The notes under the pieces are model-generated. The model saw only the letters and a program-made list of their open reading frames with translations, ran no database searches and had not been told where the DNA came from. Positions 1-8,029 of a DNA stretch of 24,233 nt are shown here, one piece after another (within the stretch, counting starts at the first letter, position 1; every line of letters begins with the position of its first letter). Location of the stretch: assembly GCA_023248785.1 (NCBI GenBank), contig JAHFDX010000002.1, positions 6,540-30,772 of the forward strand. Direction: 5' to 3'. The position numbers were made by a program, and so were the translations under genes. Source of the DNA: Myxococcales bacterium. Its GTDB lineage: Bacteria; Myxococcota_A; Polyangia; Polyangiales; Polyangiaceae.

Positions 1-1
1 C

Positions 2-241
2 ACGTTGAGCCAATCGGGCCTCGTCTTTTCGGGACTCTCGCCCGATCGACGTTTGGTCGAAATGATCGAGCTTCGTGAGCATCCACACTTTGTTGGCTGT
101 CAGTTCCACCCAGAACTCAAGAGTAGGCCTGCAGCGCCGCATCCATTGTTCGCAAAGTTCGTGGGTGCCGCGCTTCAAAGGCATGCAACGCGTAGCAAGT
201 CAGAACAACGCGCCAGCCAAGACCCGCGCGCGATCAATTAG
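2..241 (+). CDS. pyrG: CTP synthase, C-terminal fragment (5' part outside window)
   Basis: Translation [39 protein letters not shown] is the characteristic end of the CTP synthase glutaminase domain (HPE His-Glu pair). Frame is open to the left edge. Confidence 0.95.
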   Translation, partial: TLSQSGLVFSGLSPDRRLVEMIELREHPHFVGCQFHPELKSRPAAPHPLFAKFVGAALQRHATRSKSEQRASQDPRAIN

Positions 242-361
242 CGCGAGGTATGGAACAGAGCGGACCGGTAGCCTAGAGCCTACAGGGCCCCACTTGAATT
301 TGTACGCAAGCGTTGTGCGTTTCATACTTGATGAAAGTGACCGCCTGAGGAGGGACACGCG

Positions 362-1360
362 ATGCAAAGCGCAGGACGGATTCGAGCTTCATGGGCCGCA
401 CTACCGATATTATCCGCGGTAGTTTTTTTCGATGCCTCCGCGCTCGCAGAGAGTACGAACGAGTGCGCGGCGGGCAAAGACGCGCCGATCCGGTTGACGG
501 GGGGGCCTACGCTAGAGCGCCCAACCTTCAAAGGATGCACGCGCGACGCGGGTTGCGGCGCGAGCGGCAGCATGTGCGCATGGACATTCGATGCAAAGGG
601 TAGCGATCTGCCCCGGGAGAAGCATGCGGCGTACAAGAAAACGCTCCTCGTGCTCCCGAGCGGCGCGCTCATTCCTGCCTTCGACAACGAGGCTCCGACT
701 GGATCGACCTATTCAGTGAAAGGGTGTTTTCGAAATCCAGATGCCGGGGTCGACTCCGCCGTGGTGCTGTTGACCAATCGCAGTTTGCGCTCAAACGCGC
801 TTTGTCTTTCAAATCGCCCTCCGAAACCGCCTGGAACAACTTCGGCGCCAACCGTCGCGCCGGCGGCGCCTGCCGTTGCGCCTCCGCTTCCATCGGACGC
901 AGGCGCGCAACGGGCGCTTATCATTAGTGCGTTTGCGCAGGGCCTGAAAGGCTACATGATCCGATACCCCTCCGCCGTCGCCGATTTTTACCACAACGGA
1001 ACGCTTTCAAATCTGAATGAGAGCTTCAAGGCCTTCTTCAAGTACGGAAAGTACACGGGCGAGTCGATGAACTTTGAACGTGGCTGCGTCGCCATGCAAG
1101 GCGCAACCCGTGCCGCAATTGAACCCGTGATGACCCGCCCCGGAATTCTGTGGGAAGCGCATCGCCTCGTCGTTGGAAACGTGGCTGAGCATCACGCGGT
1201 CGCGCTCTACAAGAAGGGTGCATCGATGGAGATGGGCATCGTGCTCGACCCTTGGATTGCGCAGACCAACGACATGGCAAAATCTGTGTTCGCCTTTGCC
1301 GCGTGGAAGTCGAAGATGTTCCATCTTGTGATGCTCGGCAGGCCGCGACTCGAAGACTAA
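362..1360 (+). CDS. Secreted protein (332 aa): Cys-containing N-domain, Pro/Ala linker, putative papain/transglutaminase-like C-domain
   Basis: SD GAGGAGGG just upstream of ATG 362. Signal peptide ending ASALA. Six Cys in the N-domain. Linker PPKPPGTTSAPTVAPAAPAVAPPLP. C-terminal motifs RGC (C242), EHHAV (H277/H278), VLDPW (D296). Confidence 0.8.
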   Translation: MQSAGRIRASWAALPILSAVVFFDASALAESTNECAAGKDAPIRLTGGPTLERPTFKGCTRDAGCGASGSMCAWTFDAKGSDLPREKHAAYKKTLLVLPSGALIPAFDNEAPTGSTYSVKGCFRNPDAGVDSAVVLLTNRSLRSNALCLSNRPPKPPGTTSAPTVAPAAPAVAPPLPSDAGAQRALIISAFAQGLKGYMIRYPSAVADFYHNGTLSNLNESFKAFFKYGKYTGESMNFERGCVAMQGATRAAIEPVMTRPGILWEAHRLVVGNVAEHHAVALYKKGASMEMGIVLDPWIAQTNDMAKSVFAFAAWKSKMFHLVMLGRPRLED

Positions 1361-1560
1361 GACGGATCACCTCGTACCCGCACTTCACACTCACGCATGA
1401 GATGTCGTTAACGCATGAGCTCGTCTGCGTATGGGTACGCGCGCCTCTACGAAGAACACGTGGCAACTGCCGGTAACCAGGCGGCGATCTCGATGGACAC
1501 CGGCCAAGGATGCCTTGACCTTCGCCCCATACTTCTAGGAATGGTCCGCATTTCGCTACG

Positions 1561-2073
1561 ATGCCGCTCATGCACATTTCACATTGTATGTACCCGCTCC
1601 TGTTCTCGCTGTTGGCCTGCAGCTCCACTCCATCCACGTCAAATTCGGGAGCTGACACGTCAAACGATGCGAGCGCTCCCGTCGATGCCGCGCGAGTCGA
1701 CGCAGCCGAACCCGATGCGTCTGCCAAGAGCGACGCTTTCGTCGACGCGATGCTCTCGGATGGATCCGATACCAAATCGGATGCCGCAACAACCTGCGTC
1801 TCCATCGGATGCAACTTGGCGCAAACCTGCGCAGCGTGCCCGACCGGCCTTGTGTGCGACGATCGAAAGGGCTCCGTCCAATGCGTCACGACCGACACGT
1901 TTTTTTCATGCGGCACGGGAACCAGGTTCTGCAACTCTTCGTGCGGCGTATGCATCTTGTCAGCCGCAAATTGCGGTATCAACTCATGCGACGCCAACGC
2001 AACAAAGTGTGGCGGGGCCAAGTGTGGAGCGGGCACGCACTGTGATTCGCAGAACGTGTGCGTACCAAACTGA
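1561..2073 (+). CDS. Cys-rich lipoprotein (170 aa; start may be a downstream Met)
   Basis: Lipobox LLAC-SS, Asp/Ala/Ser-rich linker, then 16 Cys in the last ~92 aa including CNSSCGVC. The N-region lacks basic residues, so the start is uncertain. Confidence 0.75.
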   Translation: MPLMHISHCMYPLLFSLLACSSTPSTSNSGADTSNDASAPVDAARVDAAEPDASAKSDAFVDAMLSDGSDTKSDAATTCVSIGCNLAQTCAACPTGLVCDDRKGSVQCVTTDTFFSCGTGTRFCNSSCGVCILSAANCGINSCDANATKCGGAKCGAGTHCDSQNVCVPN

Positions 2074-2078
2074 TGCCG

Positions 2079-2711
2079 TTAGCGCGTACCAAATAGACGA
2101 TCGCCCGCATCGCCGAGGCCGGGCAAAATGTACCCGTGTTCGTTCAATTTATTGTCAACTGCGGCTGTCACAATCGGCACGTCCGGATGCACCTCGTGAA
2201 AATTTTTGATCCCCTCCGGGCAAGCAAGCAAGCACACAAACTTGAGCGAACCGGGCTTGCTCTCCTTCACGCGTTCGATTGCAGCAACCGCCGAGTTTCC
2301 CGTGGCGAGCATCGGATCGCACACAACCACATCACGGTCTGACAGGTCGCCCGGCACCTTGTAAAAATACTCGATGGCCATATGCGTCTTCGGATCGCGA
2401 TACATGCCCACGTGCCCCACGCGCGCAGATGGGACGATTTGGAGCATACCGTCCAAGATCCCCTGCCCCGCGCGCAAGATGGCAATGAGCACAAGCTTCT
2501 TTCCATCAAGCACCGGCGCCTTCATTGGCATAAGCGGCGTTTCGATGTCTTCGTCTCGCGTTTTTAGATCGCGAAGGGCCTCGTACGCGAGCAGCATCGA
2601 AATCTCGGTGAGAAGACGTCGGAAGCTCGCCGTACTCGTCTCCTTCCTGCGCATGAGGGTGAGCTTGTGCTTGATGAGTGGGTGATCAACGACGGTGACG
2701 TGTGGAGGCAC
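2079..2711 (-). CDS. upp: Uracil phosphoribosyltransferase (URC6 equivalent)
   Basis: [30 protein letters not shown]-binding loop, [19 protein letters not shown] start with AAAGGG SD. Confidence 0.97.
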   Translation of the reverse strand: MPPHVTVVDHPLIKHKLTLMRRKETSTASFRRLLTEISMLLAYEALRDLKTRDEDIETPLMPMKAPVLDGKKLVLIAILRAGQGILDGMLQIVPSARVGHVGMYRDPKTHMAIEYFYKVPGDLSDRDVVVCDPMLATGNSAVAAIERVKESKPGSLKFVCLLACPEGIKNFHEVHPDVPIVTAAVDNKLNEHGYILPGLGDAGDRLFGTR

Positions 2712-2748
2712 TGTGCTTTCCCTTTCTTACTCTCTAAAAACCTGTTCG

Positions 2749-3957
2749 CTAGAAAACGGTGCCATCGCTTTGAATGTGAAGCGGTGGCGATCCGTCGGCG
2801 CGTTTTTCACGTGCAAGCTTGCGACCCGTAGCCCACGTTCCGCCTTCAAGTACTTTCGCGAGTGGAAAATCCTCTTCGCTACGGTCCAAGCGTGAGCAGA
2901 CAAGCGGCGCGATGGCATCCAAAAGAGCCACGGTGAGCGCACGCCACTCGACGATGAACTCCATGTCGGGGGTGTACACTTTGTCGAACGCAGAACGTTC
3001 CTTGGGAACAAGAACGCCACCGTCCAAGAAAAGACCTCCGTTGCGATACTCTGGCAAACCCGTCATGGCGCCAACGTCCACCACACTCACGCCGCCTTTT
3101 TCGATGGGTTCGATGAGTGAGTACGTAAGCCACTGCGAGAGTTTGTGAAATGGAACGAGCGGCTCGAAACCTTCTCGCTCGAGCGGTGCGTACGGCCACA
3201 CGTCGCCAAGGTTTTCGCCTTCGAGCGAGATACGGCCTGGCCAGATAGAGGAAAAGCCATCGAGCACGGCCTGTAGCAAGGTCTCCGCGGGCAACTTCCA
3301 ACCTGTGGCCATGCGCCTCATGGCATCGAAGAGAAAGCCCGGCCTTCCTTGATCGCCAAATAGATCAGTGCGTGATTTTAATGCTGCCCCTAGGCTTCGC
3401 AAAAGCAAAGCTCGCCCTTCGAGCCCCACAAGGGGGTTTTCATCGGACACTTGAAATCCGCGCGCAATATCTGCGGTTGTGATGCGGGAAAGACCGTCGG
3501 CGTCGACGCGAAGTGCTCTTCGATCGCTCGAGAATGCGCCCGACAAAAACATGCGCACGCTTGCCACGGCAAGCCCCTCCGACCGAGCATACGAGCGCGC
3601 ACCCTCGCGGTAACTCCATCCACCGCCCGCGCCAGCGTCAAGAAGGACGCTCACGGTCGCGAGATCGAGCTTAGCGCGCGCACGTTCGTCATCATCGTCG
3701 GGTGACAGAAGCGAGTCGAGCTCCGCTTCGCGATCAACACCTCCCACACTGAAGTGACGCCATCGTGCATGAAACGGGACTTCAAGTGTCGGATAGGATG
3801 CGTGCGTTACCTCCGCAACAAGGTCAGCAAGCTTCGGTAATGCAAATTCGTTCAACACGAAATGTCGTGTTTTATCGGCCCGCGCGAGTTGCAGAACACG
3901 CCCCGATTGTTCGCGAACGGCGCCGGCCGAGCGCAAATACCGAACCCGGTCACCCAT
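2749..3957 (-). CDS. URC4 / DUF1688-family uracil catabolism protein (402 aa)
   Basis: Motifs PFHARWRHF, VSVLLDAGAG..W.Y, RSEGLAVAS, FHKLSQWLTYSL, TGLPEYRNGGLF, EWRALTV, LEGGTW..GR. ATG at 3957 overlaps the upstream stop by 8 bp. The ORF-track extension to 4059 lies inside URC1 and was trimmed. Confidence 0.9.
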   Translation of the reverse strand: MGDRVRYLRSAGAVREQSGRVLQLARADKTRHFVLNEFALPKLADLVAEVTHASYPTLEVPFHARWRHFSVGGVDREAELDSLLSPDDDDERARAKLDLATVSVLLDAGAGGGWSYREGARSYARSEGLAVASVRMFLSGAFSSDRRALRVDADGLSRITTADIARGFQVSDENPLVGLEGRALLLRSLGAALKSRTDLFGDQGRPGFLFDAMRRMATGWKLPAETLLQAVLDGFSSIWPGRISLEGENLGDVWPYAPLEREGFEPLVPFHKLSQWLTYSLIEPIEKGGVSVVDVGAMTGLPEYRNGGLFLDGGVLVPKERSAFDKVYTPDMEFIVEWRALTVALLDAIAPLVCSRLDRSEEDFPLAKVLEGGTWATGRKLAREKRADGSPPLHIQSDGTVF

Positions 3958-5197
3958 CGAGCGGACGCCCCTTAACGGCGGCGAGCTCATCGGCCGACGC
4001 GATCTTGCCTTCCGTGTAGTAGCCAGCAGCCTTCTTTGCCTCCATCTCAACGCGCGCATCGGCTGGAATGAGTTCGTCAGGAATCGGAATGCGGTTGATG
4101 ATGCGGATGCCGCTCGACGTGATGGCGTTGAACTTCATGTCACTCATCGAAGCGAAGTGGTCGATCTTGGTGATGCCCATCCATTGAAGCGCATCGGGCA
4201 TCAGCTCCTGAAAGCGCATGTCTTGGACGCCTGCGACGCACTCGGTGCGGTGAAAGTAATTGTCGGCCCTGTCGCCACCCTCTTGCCTTTTTCGGGCGTT
4301 GTACACAAGAAACTTTGTGACTTCGCCAAGCGCGCGCCCCTCTTTGCGGTTGTACACAATGACGCCCCGTCCTCCGCGCTGGGCCGTCTCGATGCAAATC
4401 TCGACGCCATGTGCCAGGTAGGGACGGCATGTGCAAATGTCGGAACCAAAGACGTCGCTTCCGTTGCACTCGTCGTGAACACGACATGCAAGTTCCACCG
4501 TCTCGTCGCCAAGCTGCGTGGGGCAGCCAAAGAAGTACACCGTAAGACCGCCAATCGGCGGCAAAAAGACCTTGAGATCAGGCCGGGTGATGAGTTCGGG
4601 GAACATGCCCCCCGTTTGCTCGAATAGACCCCTGCGCAGGTCGGACTCTTCAAGGCCAAATCTCTCCGCAACGCCAGGCAAGTACCAGACCGGCTCGATG
4701 GCCGCTTTCGTAACAGCCACATCACCATTTTCGGTGAGCAAGTGCCCGTCTGCCTGGAGGCGCCCAGCCTTCATCGCGTCGCGAATCTCAGGCATGTTCA
4801 TGTGGGCTTTGGTGATGGCAATCGTCGGGCGAATGTCGACCCCGCTCGTCAAGAGCTCAGCGAACACTTCCTGAGCCACGGCGCCGTACGGATCGATGCT
4901 CACAATTTTCTTGGGGTCAGCCCAACTCGGATGCGGCCCGATGGGTTCAGCAGCCGAAGTGTTCGTGAGATCCGCGCGATGCGTTTCAACAAGCTGCCCG
5001 GCAGCCACCGCAAGCGCCCGATAGACGGCGTACGAACCCGAGTGCGTGCCAATAACGTTGCGATCGCGTGGGTTAGTGAGCGTGGCCACGACCGGACCGC
5101 GCGCTTTTGGGTCTTTAGCTCCCCATTGAATTTCAAGTCCCTGCGATTGCTCGGAGGGATGCGACGTGAGGCGAATGTGTTTCTTCTTGTCAACCAT
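3950..5197 (-). CDS. URC1-type GTP cyclohydrolase II-like protein with extended N-terminal domain (415 aa)
   Basis: N-terminal RNVIGTHSGSYAVYRALAVA. RibA-like Zn motif RVHDECNGSDVFGSDICTCRPYL (C-x10-C-x-C), RKEGRALG and DMRFQ. Sits next to URC4 and upp. Confidence 0.9.
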   Translation of the reverse strand: MVDKKKHIRLTSHPSEQSQGLEIQWGAKDPKARGPVVATLTNPRDRNVIGTHSGSYAVYRALAVAAGQLVETHRADLTNTSAAEPIGPHPSWADPKKIVSIDPYGAVAQEVFAELLTSGVDIRPTIAITKAHMNMPEIRDAMKAGRLQADGHLLTENGDVAVTKAAIEPVWYLPGVAERFGLEESDLRRGLFEQTGGMFPELITRPDLKVFLPPIGGLTVYFFGCPTQLGDETVELACRVHDECNGSDVFGSDICTCRPYLAHGVEICIETAQRGGRGVIVYNRKEGRALGEVTKFLVYNARKRQEGGDRADNYFHRTECVAGVQDMRFQELMPDALQWMGITKIDHFASMSDMKFNAITSSGIRIINRIPIPDELIPADARVEMEAKKAAGYYTEGKIASADELAAVKGRPLDG

Positions 5198-5200
5198 CGA

Positions 5201-6709
5201 TCAACTCATCCAGTTCGAATCAGATTGGGTGGACCACTTGCGGGTGATTTTCTTGAGCGAACTCCAAAATTCGATCCCGCCGTGGCCGGTAATGTCGCCG
5301 TGACCAAACTTCGACTCGTGCGTGCCTCCAAACGAAAAAGGTTCACGGGGCACAGGCACACCAACGTTGACACCGATCATCCCTGCGTGGACTCGATTGG
5401 CCACATACTCGGCAACACCTCCGTTCGTCGTGAAGATCGAGGCGGCATTGCCGTACGTGCTCTGACCTTCGAGCGCAATCGCGTCGCCCAGCGTGGGCAC
5501 GCGAACAATCGACAAAACGGGGCCAAAAATTTCGACCTGAGCGGCGGGTGAATCAGGCTTCACGTTGTCCAAAATCGTGGGGCCGATCCAGGTGCCTGAC
5601 TTGTACTCCGCGTCACGTGGCTGCTTACCTCGACCGTCGACCACAACCTTCGCGCCCCGCTTCTCCGCGCTCGCGATAGCATCGGTAATTCGGGACAACG
5701 ACGCTTGATCGATAATTGCGCCCATCTGCGCACCGACTTCAATCGCTGCTGCTTTTTCGCGCAACCGCGCAACGATGGGTTCAACGTCGCCGACAGCAAC
5801 CATGACACTTCCGGCCATGCACCTTTGACCCGCACAACCAGTAAACGAGTCGAGCACGGACTGCGCCGTAAGTTCGATCTCAGCGTCTGGAACGACGATG
5901 AGGTGATTCTTCGCACCACCGAGTGCGAGCGCTCGCTTGCCACTTCGCGAGGCACGCTCGTACACGAACTTCGCGACGGGGGATGAGCCTACAAACGCCA
6001 CCGCCTTCACATCAGGGTGATCCAAAATGGCTTCGACGGCATCCTTTCCACCGTGAACAATGGAGAAGATCCCGTTGGTGAAACCGGCTTCGAGCATCAA
6101 CTCTCCCAGACGACATGCCGTCAGCGGCACCTTCTCAGATGGCTTCCACACGAAACAATTTCCGAGCACGACAGCAATCGGAAACATCCACATCGGGACC
6201 ATGGCCGGAAAGTTGAATGGCGTGATCCCTGCCACAACGCCCAACGGCTCACGGCGATATTCGCACGTAACCCCCCGGCTGACTTCGAGGTTTCCACCGA
6301 GATCGAGGTTCTGAATGCTGAGCGCAAACTCAACCACTTCGACCCCCTTCAACACGCCGGCACGCGCTTCGGCCACGGTCTTGCCTGCTTCGCTCGCAGC
6401 GGTGTGGGCCAGTTCATCAAGACACTTGAGTAACAGCTCACGATACGCAAACATGCGCTGGGTGCGCTCTTTAATTGGGGTGTTACGCCATCCGTCGGAC
6501 GCACGTTTCGCGCCTTCGACGGCTTGCGCTACGTGCATTGCGTTGCTCATCGGCACGCGACCGATGAGTTGCCCGGTGTACGGACTCGTAACGTCGCGCT
6601 CGTTTTCGTGCACGCCTACTACATCATGGGGGCCATGGGGTGCTCGCCATTCGCCCCCCACGAGGTTGCGGCACCGATAGACGGACTTCGTTAACTCAAC
6701 CAGAGGCAC
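5201..6709 (-). CDS. mmsA: CoA-acylating (methyl)malonate-semialdehyde dehydrogenase (MmsA/IolA family)
   Basis: ITPFNFPAMVPMWMFP, KPSEKVP, FVGSSPVA, ALGGAKNH, catalytic GCAGQRCMA, EIFGPVL, GVNVGVPVPREPFSFGG. AAGGAG SD 5 nt before the GTG start. Confidence 0.93.
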   Translation of the reverse strand: MPLVELTKSVYRCRNLVGGEWRAPHGPHDVVGVHENERDVTSPYTGQLIGRVPMSNAMHVAQAVEGAKRASDGWRNTPIKERTQRMFAYRELLLKCLDELAHTAASEAGKTVAEARAGVLKGVEVVEFALSIQNLDLGGNLEVSRGVTCEYRREPLGVVAGITPFNFPAMVPMWMFPIAVVLGNCFVWKPSEKVPLTACRLGELMLEAGFTNGIFSIVHGGKDAVEAILDHPDVKAVAFVGSSPVAKFVYERASRSGKRALALGGAKNHLIVVPDAEIELTAQSVLDSFTGCAGQRCMAGSVMVAVGDVEPIVARLREKAAAIEVGAQMGAIIDQASLSRITDAIASAEKRGAKVVVDGRGKQPRDAEYKSGTWIGPTILDNVKPDSPAAQVEIFGPVLSIVRVPTLGDAIALEGQSTYGNAASIFTTNGGVAEYVANRVHAGMIGVNVGVPVPREPFSFGGTHESKFGHGDITGHGGIEFWSSLKKITRKWSTQSDSNWMS

Positions 6710-6743
6710 ACTGGCTCCTTATGGGAGGGAGAAGGAGCGGGCC

Positions 6744-6772
6744 ATTATTTGCGCAAATCGATGATTTGTAAA
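6744..6772 (-). promoter_or_regulatory. sigma70-type promoter of the URC operon with overlapping 12-bp palindrome (candidate operator, 6747-6758)
   Basis: Minus strand reads TTTACA-N17-AATAAT (5/6 match at both -35 and -10), 35 bp upstream of the mmsA start. Perfect palindrome ATTTGCGCAAAT overlaps the -10 and spacer. Confidence 0.7.
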
Positions 6773-6837
6773 GGGACGGGTGACGTTTTGGTACCCACGC
6801 CGACACGCACGTTTACCCGGGCGGTTTACCCGATCGT

Positions 6838-7878
6838 CTATCTTCGCGCATGACGCTCAAAGAACGTAAGCACTGCGGGCATGAATGCCGAGCCAAACGC
6901 GGGAACGTGGCCTGCGCCATCGAGACTCCAAAGTTCCGCGGAGCCTCCCGAAGTGCAACTGTCGTAGCGCAGCGGCGCTGTTTCGGCGCCAACGAGATCT
7001 GCGACGTAGTCGACCTTGCTGTCCCTCATCGGTGTCGTCCCACACCCATTGCGATAGGCAAATGTTGCAATGGTGCTTTCGGCACTTGGATACATGACGC
7101 TCTTCGCAGGCTGTTTCTGGGTAAGAGTGCCGCCCTTGTAGCTGATGGTCGCATCGGCGGTGCCGTGGATGGTGAGCACGCCGATCGGAGAGTCCGGTGT
7201 ACACCGCGTTTGATCGGACCACGTTGCGCCCGCGAGAGCAGCCACCGCCGCGAATCGCTTCGACTGTTCGCACGCAAGACGCAGCGAGAGAAATGCCCCG
7301 TTCGAGTGTCCAACGAGGTAAACGCGTCCGGGATCGACTGCGTAGCGAGCGACGATCTGGCGCACAAGATCGCGGATGTAGCCGACGTCGTCCGGAGCAC
7401 GCGATTCGAGATCGCAACACGCATCAGTTGCGTTCCAGAATTGTTGACCCGTGCTGTCTGCGGTTCCGTTCGGCAGGGCAACAAGATATCCGCGCGGCAG
7501 CGCCTCGCGCGACACGCCGAGGTAGAAGTCTTGAACACTCCCGGTCGCGCCATACCCATGAAGAAGAACGATGAGCGGGTGCTTCTTGGTTGCATCGTAG
7601 CCATCCGGCAACTTGACGTCTGCGGGACGCGAACCCCCGATGGGTCCCGTCATATCAATCGGTGGGAGAGACTCTTCGGCATCGGACGCGCTTCCCTCCA
7701 ATACGGCGGCTTCAGGCCCCGCGGCTGCATCGACAATGGACGCGCCCGGGGTTGCGTCAACGCGCGTGTCCGTTGGAAGCGAGCGCGCCGGATCTTCTCG
7801 CGAAGCGCAGGACCCGCAAGCCAGTGTTGAAGTTAGTGCCGCGACGAACGCGGTGCGCGATGCGAGGTATTCCCCCAT
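6838..7878 (-). CDS. Lipid-anchored alpha/beta-hydrolase, PHB-depolymerase/LpqC-like esterase (start 7878 or 7914)
   Basis: LLHGYG oxyanion region, WNATDACC, nucleophile GHSNG, IHGTAD (Asp), GAGHVP (His). N-terminal hydrophobic segment ending TLACGSC, followed by an acidic linker. Confidence 0.85.
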   Translation of the reverse strand: MGEYLASRTAFVAALTSTLACGSCASREDPARSLPTDTRVDATPGASIVDAAAGPEAAVLEGSASDAEESLPPIDMTGPIGGSRPADVKLPDGYDATKKHPLIVLLHGYGATGSVQDFYLGVSREALPRGYLVALPNGTADSTGQQFWNATDACCDLESRAPDDVGYIRDLVRQIVARYAVDPGRVYLVGHSNGAFLSLRLACEQSKRFAAVAALAGATWSDQTRCTPDSPIGVLTIHGTADATISYKGGTLTQKQPAKSVMYPSAESTIATFAYRNGCGTTPMRDSKVDYVADLVGAETAPLRYDSCTSGGSAELWSLDGAGHVPAFGSAFMPAVLTFFERHARR

Positions 7879-7978
7879 GCATGCCCATTTGGCGGGCGTC
7901 GCACCAATAGTCAATGGTTATCAAGCGAAGAACCCCAGTCCCACAGGTTGGTCGTTCCGAAATACGCCTTGGCACGCG

Positions 7979-7995
7979 CTTCCGGGCCCCGGAAG
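7979..7995. terminator. GC-rich inverted repeat, possible terminator hairpin
   Basis: CTTCCGGG-C-CCCGGAAG lies 35-50 bp downstream of the stop of the minus-strand gene at 8030. No U-tract. Confidence 0.35.
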
Positions 7996-8029
7996 TTCGC
8001 ACGCTAACGCCGTCGACGATCGAATCGGT

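Noticed and set aside
1393-1419. ACGCATGAG direct repeat (18-bp period) between the 362 and 1561 genes
   Set aside because: Only two 9-bp copies, far from the next start codon, with no supporting promoter elements.
1038-2036. 332-aa minus-strand ORF
   Set aside because: Overlaps two better-supported plus-strand genes and has no recognisable motifs.
2-5197. Functional link between pyrG and the nearby uracil catabolism operon
   Set aside because: They are on opposite strands and separated by two unrelated secreted-protein genes; proximity alone is not evidence.
3950-5197. Annotation of URC1 as riboflavin-pathway ribA
   Set aside because: The long URC1-specific N-terminal domain and linkage to URC4/upp, with no rib genes nearby, argue for uracil catabolism.
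7970-7985. TGGCACGCGCTTCC as a sigma54 promoter
   Set aside because: The -12 GC is absent at the required GG-N10-GC spacing, and no plus-strand gene follows.
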